Below are positions 59,617 to 64,000 of a stretch of 64,000 nucleotides of DNA, in pieces. A program made the position numbers and the translations under genes. This stretch comes from Candidatus Multivorans sp. (GTDB lineage: Bacteria > Acidobacteriota > Thermoanaerobaculia > Multivoradales > Multivoraceae), in the NCBI GenBank assembly GCA_965247095.1, contig OZ251997.1, positions 2,112,001 to 2,176,000 on the forward strand, given 5' to 3'. Below the pieces are notes generated by a model that searched no databases, was not told the origin of the DNA, and saw only the letters and a list, made by a program, of their open reading frames with translations. Each line of letters begins with the position of its first letter. Positions within the stretch are counted from its first letter, which is position 1.

Positions 59617-61131
59617 TCAGCTCGCCAGTGCGCTCCACGCCCGGCGCGGGAACCGGCGGCCAAGGCCCCGCTGAATCTCACGCCACTTGCGCTCTTCGTC
59701 CGGCGTGATGAAGGTCACCGCCTCTCCGGAACGCCCCATGCGCCCGGTCCGCCCGACGCGGTGCGTGAAGAGTTGCTGCGAGTCCGGGAGGTCAAAGTTG
59801 ATGACCTTGCCGATGCCGTCAACATCCAGGCCTCGGGCAGCCACGTTGGTCGCCACCAGGATCGGCGCGGCGCCGGAACGAAAGCCCCTCATCACGCGCT
59901 CACGGGCGCCTTGGCTGAGGTTTCCCTGAAGCGCCCCGACCGGATAACCCAGCGAGTCGAGCTTCTTGGCCAGCTTCCTGACGCCGTGCTTGGTCCTGCC
60001 GAAGACGAGAATCGGGGCGCCGTTTCGTTCGTCCAGAAGCGTCTGCAGCGCGCTGATCTTGTCGTCCTTCCGGATCGAGAAGACCACGTGCTCCACCGTG
60101 GGCACTTGACGGCCGAGGTCGATTTCGACCCTTACCGGGTTGCGCAGATACTGCTTCGCGGTCTGAGCCACCCAGTTGGGCATGGTCGCCGAGAAGAGCG
60201 CCGTCTGCCGTGAAGCGGGCGTGCGGCTGAGGATCGCCTCGACATCGCGGGCAAAACCCTGGTCCAGCATTTCGTCCGCCTCATCAAGGACGAGGAACCG
60301 CACACCTCCAAGATCGAGGGAGCCCTGACGCAGGTGGTCCAACGTGCGGCCAGGTGTCCCAACGATCACATGGGCGCCCCGCCTCAAGGCCGCATGATCA
60401 CGCCTTACCGGCCGGCCGCCGTACAACGCCGCCACGCGCAAGCGCGACGAAGTCAGGCTGGAAAGGACTCCGGCCACCTGGATGGCCAGCTCCCGCGTCG
60501 GCGTCAGCACCAGCGCCTGCACCCGCCGTGCAGAGGGATCGCAAAGCTCAGCGATGGGCGCCGCAAAGGCCAGGGTCTTCCCCGACCCCGTCAGCGCCTG
60601 CCCGAGCAGGTCCCGCCCAGCCAGCAAATGGGGGATGGCCTGCTCCTGAATCGGCGTCGGCTCAGAAATACCCATGCGGGCAATCGCCGCCCTGGTCGCA
60701 CTCGTGAGCGGAATCCCAGGAAACACGCCGCTGCCGTCGGTGTCCTGGCCGCGATCAGCAGTCGGTCCAACCGGGCGAAGGCCGGGTTCAACCTCGTGAC
60801 TGTGGCCGTTCGGGGCGCCCTTGTTCCAGGCGCCCTTGTTCCAGGCGCTCTTCTTCGCGCCGCCCTTGTTCCAGGCGCTCTTCTTCGCGCCGCCCTTGTT
60901 CCAGGCGCGGTTGTTCCCGGCGCGGTTGGCCGGGGCGCGGTTGGCCGGGGCGGAAACGCCGTCGCGACGGTTGGTGAAGCAGGAACGGCAGTACACCGGC
61001 CTGCCCGGGGCAGGCCGGAAGGGCACGGTTGTCGAGGTATCGCACTCGGCGCAGACGGCCTCGTGGCTCGGTCTGGGGCCGGACGGACGCCGGCTGGTCG
61101 AGAAAGATTTCTTTGGCATTCTTCTGGGCAT
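59617..61131 (-). CDS. DEAD-box RNA helicase with N-terminal CxxC-x17-CxxC zinc ribbon
   Basis: PTPIQ, TGSGKT, PTRELA, TPGR, DEAD, SAT, ARGLD, HRVGRTGR; N-terminal CAEC..VPFRP..GRPVYCRSC. Confidence 0.93.
   Translation of the reverse strand: MPRRMPKKSFSTSRRPSGPRPSHEAVCAECDTSTTVPFRPAPGRPVYCRSCFTNRRDGVSAPANRAPANRAGNNRAWNKGGAKKSAWNKGGAKKSAWNKGAWNKGAPNGHSHEVEPGLRPVGPTADRGQDTDGSGVFPGIPLTSATRAAIARMGISEPTPIQEQAIPHLLAGRDLLGQALTGSGKTLAFAAPIAELCDPSARRVQALVLTPTRELAIQVAGVLSSLTSSRLRVAALYGGRPVRRDHAALRRGAHVIVGTPGRTLDHLRQGSLDLGGVRFLVLDEADEMLDQGFARDVEAILSRTPASRQTALFSATMPNWVAQTAKQYLRNPVRVEIDLGRQVPTVEHVVFSIRKDDKISALQTLLDERNGAPILVFGRTKHGVRKLAKKLDSLGYPVGALQGNLSQGARERVMRGFRSGAAPILVATNVAARGLDVDGIGKVINFDLPDSQQLFTHRVGRTGRMGRSGEAVTFITPDEERKWREIQRGLGRRFPRRAWSALAS
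60816..60952 (-). repeat. 15/30-bp coding tandem repeat in the helicase linker
   Basis: Encodes APANR APANR AGNNR AWNKG GAKKS AWNKG GAKKS AWNKG AWNKG. Confidence 0.85.
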
Positions 61132-61440
61132 AGAGAGACAGACTCCTTAGGTCCTAAGGCATAACGAAACAGGCGATTCGGCGCGGGTGAGAAGCAGGGT
61201 GAACCAATGTTCACCGTTGCGTGAACCTCGGCGCGGCAATCGAGCGCTGTGGTCGTTATGACGACCAGGGGCTGCTAGCTAGACCCGGCGTAAGCGCGTA
61301 CCTTACTCGACTTCGCCCTCCCAGTCAAAGCGAAGGTCGTCCAGCGCCAGGCCCACGATCGGTCCGGCGACAGACGGACCCGAAGAGAATGGCCGCAGCG
61401 CCGTGGCGTTAGGATGGCAGCCAGTCGACAATGAGATGAG

Positions 61441-62457
61441 ATGTGGGTCGCGCGTACAACGGCCGACGGCAGCCTGGAACTCGCCGAGGCGCCCGAGCCG
61501 GCGATCAAGGGCGGCGAGGCGCTGATCGAACTCCTCTGTTGCGGCCTGTGCGGCACGGACCTCTACAAGCTGGCCGACGCCGGGCGACCTGCGGGAGAGG
61601 TGCTGGGGCACGAAGTCGTCGGCAGGGTGATCGACAGCCGCACCGATCACCTGAAACCAGGCGACCGGGTCGTGGTCCCACACCATGCACCGTGCGGCGA
61701 GTGCCGGCTGTGCCGGAGCGGGGCCGAGACGATGTGCCCCCAGTTCGCCGAGAACCTGCTTGATCCCGGCGGCTTCAGCGAACGGATCCGGCTGCGGGCG
61801 CTGGCGGTCGAACGCACGGTGCGGCGTCTCGACGACCAGCTTCCGGACGACGCCGCGGTGTTCGTCGAACCGGCGGCCTGCGTGCTGCGCGGGATCGACC
61901 GCGCCGGGTTGCCGAGCGAAGCCCCGGAGGTGGTCGTCATCGGCGCCGGATCGATGGGCCTGCTCCACCTGCTGGTGCTGCGAGCCGTGTTCCCGGCGAG
62001 TCGGATCGTTCTAGCCGAGCCGGACCAGGACCGCCGGGAGACGGCGCGGCGACTCGGCGCCGATGCTGCCGTCGCACCCGAACGGATCGTCGAGGCCTCG
62101 GGCAGTGGCAGGCCATCGGGCGGCGCCGACGCCGTCTTCGACACCGCCGGCGGTCAGGCCGCCTTCGACCTGGCCCTGCAGGCCACCCGGCCGGGTGGGC
62201 GCGTCGTCCTCTTCGCCCACGCCGCGCACGACGCCCGCGTGACCTTCGACATCAACGCCGTGTTCAAGTCCGAGCGCCAAGTCATCGGCGCCTACTCCGG
62301 GTCGCCAACCGAGCAAGCCCGCGTGCTCGACCTGCTGAGCCAGGGCGTGTTCGATCCCACGCCGCTGGTCACCCACCGCCTGCCCTTGGCCCGAGCCGCC
62401 GAAGCGGTCGATCTGTGCCGCCGGCGCGAAGCGCTCAAGGTACTGTTGCGCCCCTGA
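61441..62457 (+). CDS. Zn-dependent medium-chain dehydrogenase 1 (sorbitol/threonine DH-like)
   Basis: GLCGTD, GHEVVG, CGECRLC..C, GAGSMG. Confidence 0.9.
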   Translation: MWVARTTADGSLELAEAPEPAIKGGEALIELLCCGLCGTDLYKLADAGRPAGEVLGHEVVGRVIDSRTDHLKPGDRVVVPHHAPCGECRLCRSGAETMCPQFAENLLDPGGFSERIRLRALAVERTVRRLDDQLPDDAAVFVEPAACVLRGIDRAGLPSEAPEVVVIGAGSMGLLHLLVLRAVFPASRIVLAEPDQDRRETARRLGADAAVAPERIVEASGSGRPSGGADAVFDTAGGQAAFDLALQATRPGGRVVLFAHAAHDARVTFDINAVFKSERQVIGAYSGSPTEQARVLDLLSQGVFDPTPLVTHRLPLARAAEAVDLCRRREALKVLLRP

Positions 62458-62495
62458 TTCGCCGTGATTCGCCGTCTGCGCGCCGGAGAAGACCC

Positions 62496-63539
62496 GTGAT
62501 CCCGAAGCACCAGACCCAGGCGTTCCTCATCGGCCCCGGCAACCTCCAACTGAGGCGTATGCCCATGCCGGCGCCCGGCCCGGGCGAACTCCTGATCCGG
62601 GTCGACGCCGCCACCACCTGCGGAACGGACGTGAAGGTGTTCCGCCGCGGCGGCCATCCAACGATGTTGACGCTGCCGGCGCCCTTCGGCCACGAGGTCA
62701 CCGGCACCGTCGTCCGCGCCGCCGCCGGCGCCGCGCAGACAGAGGGCGACACCGTGGTGGTCGGCAACAGCGCCGCCTGCGGCCGGTGCCAGCCGTGCCG
62801 GCACAACCGCGAAAACCTGTGCCGGGAGCTCGTCTACCTGAACGGGGCCTTTGCCGACTACATGCTGATACCGGCCGCAGTCGCGGAGCGCAGCGTCCAC
62901 CCACGGCCGCCCGGCCTCGAACCGGTCATCGCGGCTCTGGCCGAGCCGCTGGCCTGCGCCGTCCACTGTCTCGAACGCTCCCTCGCCGCTTGGAGCGGTC
63001 CGCCGACCGAGGCGCGTGCACTGATCATCGGTTGCGGCCCCCTCGGGCTCATGCTGATCGATCTGTTCCACAGCGTTCGAACCTGCGTCTCCGTACTGGA
63101 CCCCCATCCGCATCGGCTCGCGGTGGCCGAGACCTTCGGCGCCGCCGAGACGCACTGCGGGCGCGCCGGCGACGACGACGCGGTGCCGGGCGAACTGTTC
63201 GACTTCACCGTTGACGCCACTGGCAGCCCCGCCGGCTGGCATCAGGCCGTCTCCTGTCTTGCTCCGGGCGGCGTGGCGGCACTCTTCGGAGGTTGCCGCC
63301 CCGGCGCCACCCTGAAGATCGACGCGGAGGCGGTCCACTACCAGGAGCAGACCCTGCTCGGTGTCTACCACTACCGGCCGGTATCGTTCCGCGCCGCGCT
63401 CGACCGGCTGATCGGTGCGCCGGAACGCTACGGCCAACTGATCGAAGCGGAACTGCCGCTGGATCGACTGACCGAAGCGCTCGATCTGATGATCGCCCGC
63501 CGCGCGCTCAAGGTGGCGATCCGGCCGCATCCGGACTAG
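62496..63539 (+). CDS. Zn-dependent medium-chain dehydrogenase 2
   Basis: TCGTD, FGHEVTG, CGRCQPC..NLC, EPLAC, GCGPLG; GTG start after GGAG. Confidence 0.9.
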   Translation: MIPKHQTQAFLIGPGNLQLRRMPMPAPGPGELLIRVDAATTCGTDVKVFRRGGHPTMLTLPAPFGHEVTGTVVRAAAGAAQTEGDTVVVGNSAACGRCQPCRHNRENLCRELVYLNGAFADYMLIPAAVAERSVHPRPPGLEPVIAALAEPLACAVHCLERSLAAWSGPPTEARALIIGCGPLGLMLIDLFHSVRTCVSVLDPHPHRLAVAETFGAAETHCGRAGDDDAVPGELFDFTVDATGSPAGWHQAVSCLAPGGVAALFGGCRPGATLKIDAEAVHYQEQTLLGVYHYRPVSFRAALDRLIGAPERYGQLIEAELPLDRLTEALDLMIARRALKVAIRPHPD

Positions 63540-63605
63540 CGCCGGCTTCCCGCCGTATACTGCGCGCCGGCGGTCGATCCGTCCGCCACGCAAATCGAGC
63601 AACAC

Positions 63606-64000
63606 ATGGCAGCCGCGGAGCATGACCTGTCGCCCGATCTTGAGGCGGTGCGCCAGGAACTTGAGCAGGTCGACCGGGATCTGCTGAGCGGTTTCCGGCG
63701 ACGCGTCGAGTTGTCGCGGGAAGTCGCCGGCGCCAAGATCGCGGCCGCCTTCCCGTTCCGCGACCAGTTGCGCGAGGAGCAGTTGCTAACCCGCGTGCGC
63801 ACGATCGCCGCCGAACTCGACCTCGACCCGCACCAGACCGAACGCATCTTCCGCCTGCTGATCGAGATGTCGATCGCCGCGCAGCAGGGCTACATCCGCG
63901 ATCTCGATAAGGCGCCGCTACGGGTTGCCTACCAGGGCGTCGAGGGCTCCTTCAGCCATCTCACCGCCCAGCGGCAGTACGCCGGCCGTCCCGGCGGCGT
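63606..64000 (+). CDS. pheA: Chorismate mutase/prephenate dehydratase (5' part; runs off window)
   Basis: Not in ORF track; reads LEAVRQELEQVDRDLL..RRVELSREVAGAK..RDQLREEQLL (AroQ) then RVAYQGVEGSFSH (PDT). Confidence 0.88.
   Translation, partial: MAAAEHDLSPDLEAVRQELEQVDRDLLSGFRRRVELSREVAGAKIAAAFPFRDQLREEQLLTRVRTIAAELDLDPHQTERIFRLLIEMSIAAQQGYIRDLDKAPLRVAYQGVEGSFSHLTAQRQYAGRPGG

Overview
High-GC Gram-negative bacterial chromosome segment; lineage cannot be proven from sequence. Left part: apaH, then a Calx-beta/autotransporter-type surface gene broken by two in-frame TAG codons in the same TAGGGGT context. A 14.3-kb block bracketed by inverted copies of a 71-bp double-hairpin element holds a GbsR-led menaquinone operon (prenyl synthase, menG, F, D, H, B, A, E; no menC) ending in a coupled ATP-grasp gene. 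Middle: housekeeping genes (amidase, M23, TatD, Fpg, two bPH_2 proteins, rocD, an unusual OM barrel protein, FprA, pruA, DUF423, mscS). Then a 22.5-kb gene for a 7506-aa repeat adhesin (cadherin/VCBS, 13 FN3, ~41 Calx-beta-like units) whose beta-barrel is followed by a SPOR domain. Right part: decayed second copies of two Zn-dehydrogenase genes fused to a decayed second mscS carrying an IS, then typA, a Zn-ribbon DEAD-box helicase, the intact dehydrogenase pair and the start of pheA. The mscS-to-ADH interval appears twice in tandem with different cargo. No rRNA, tRNA or CRISPR array was recognised.
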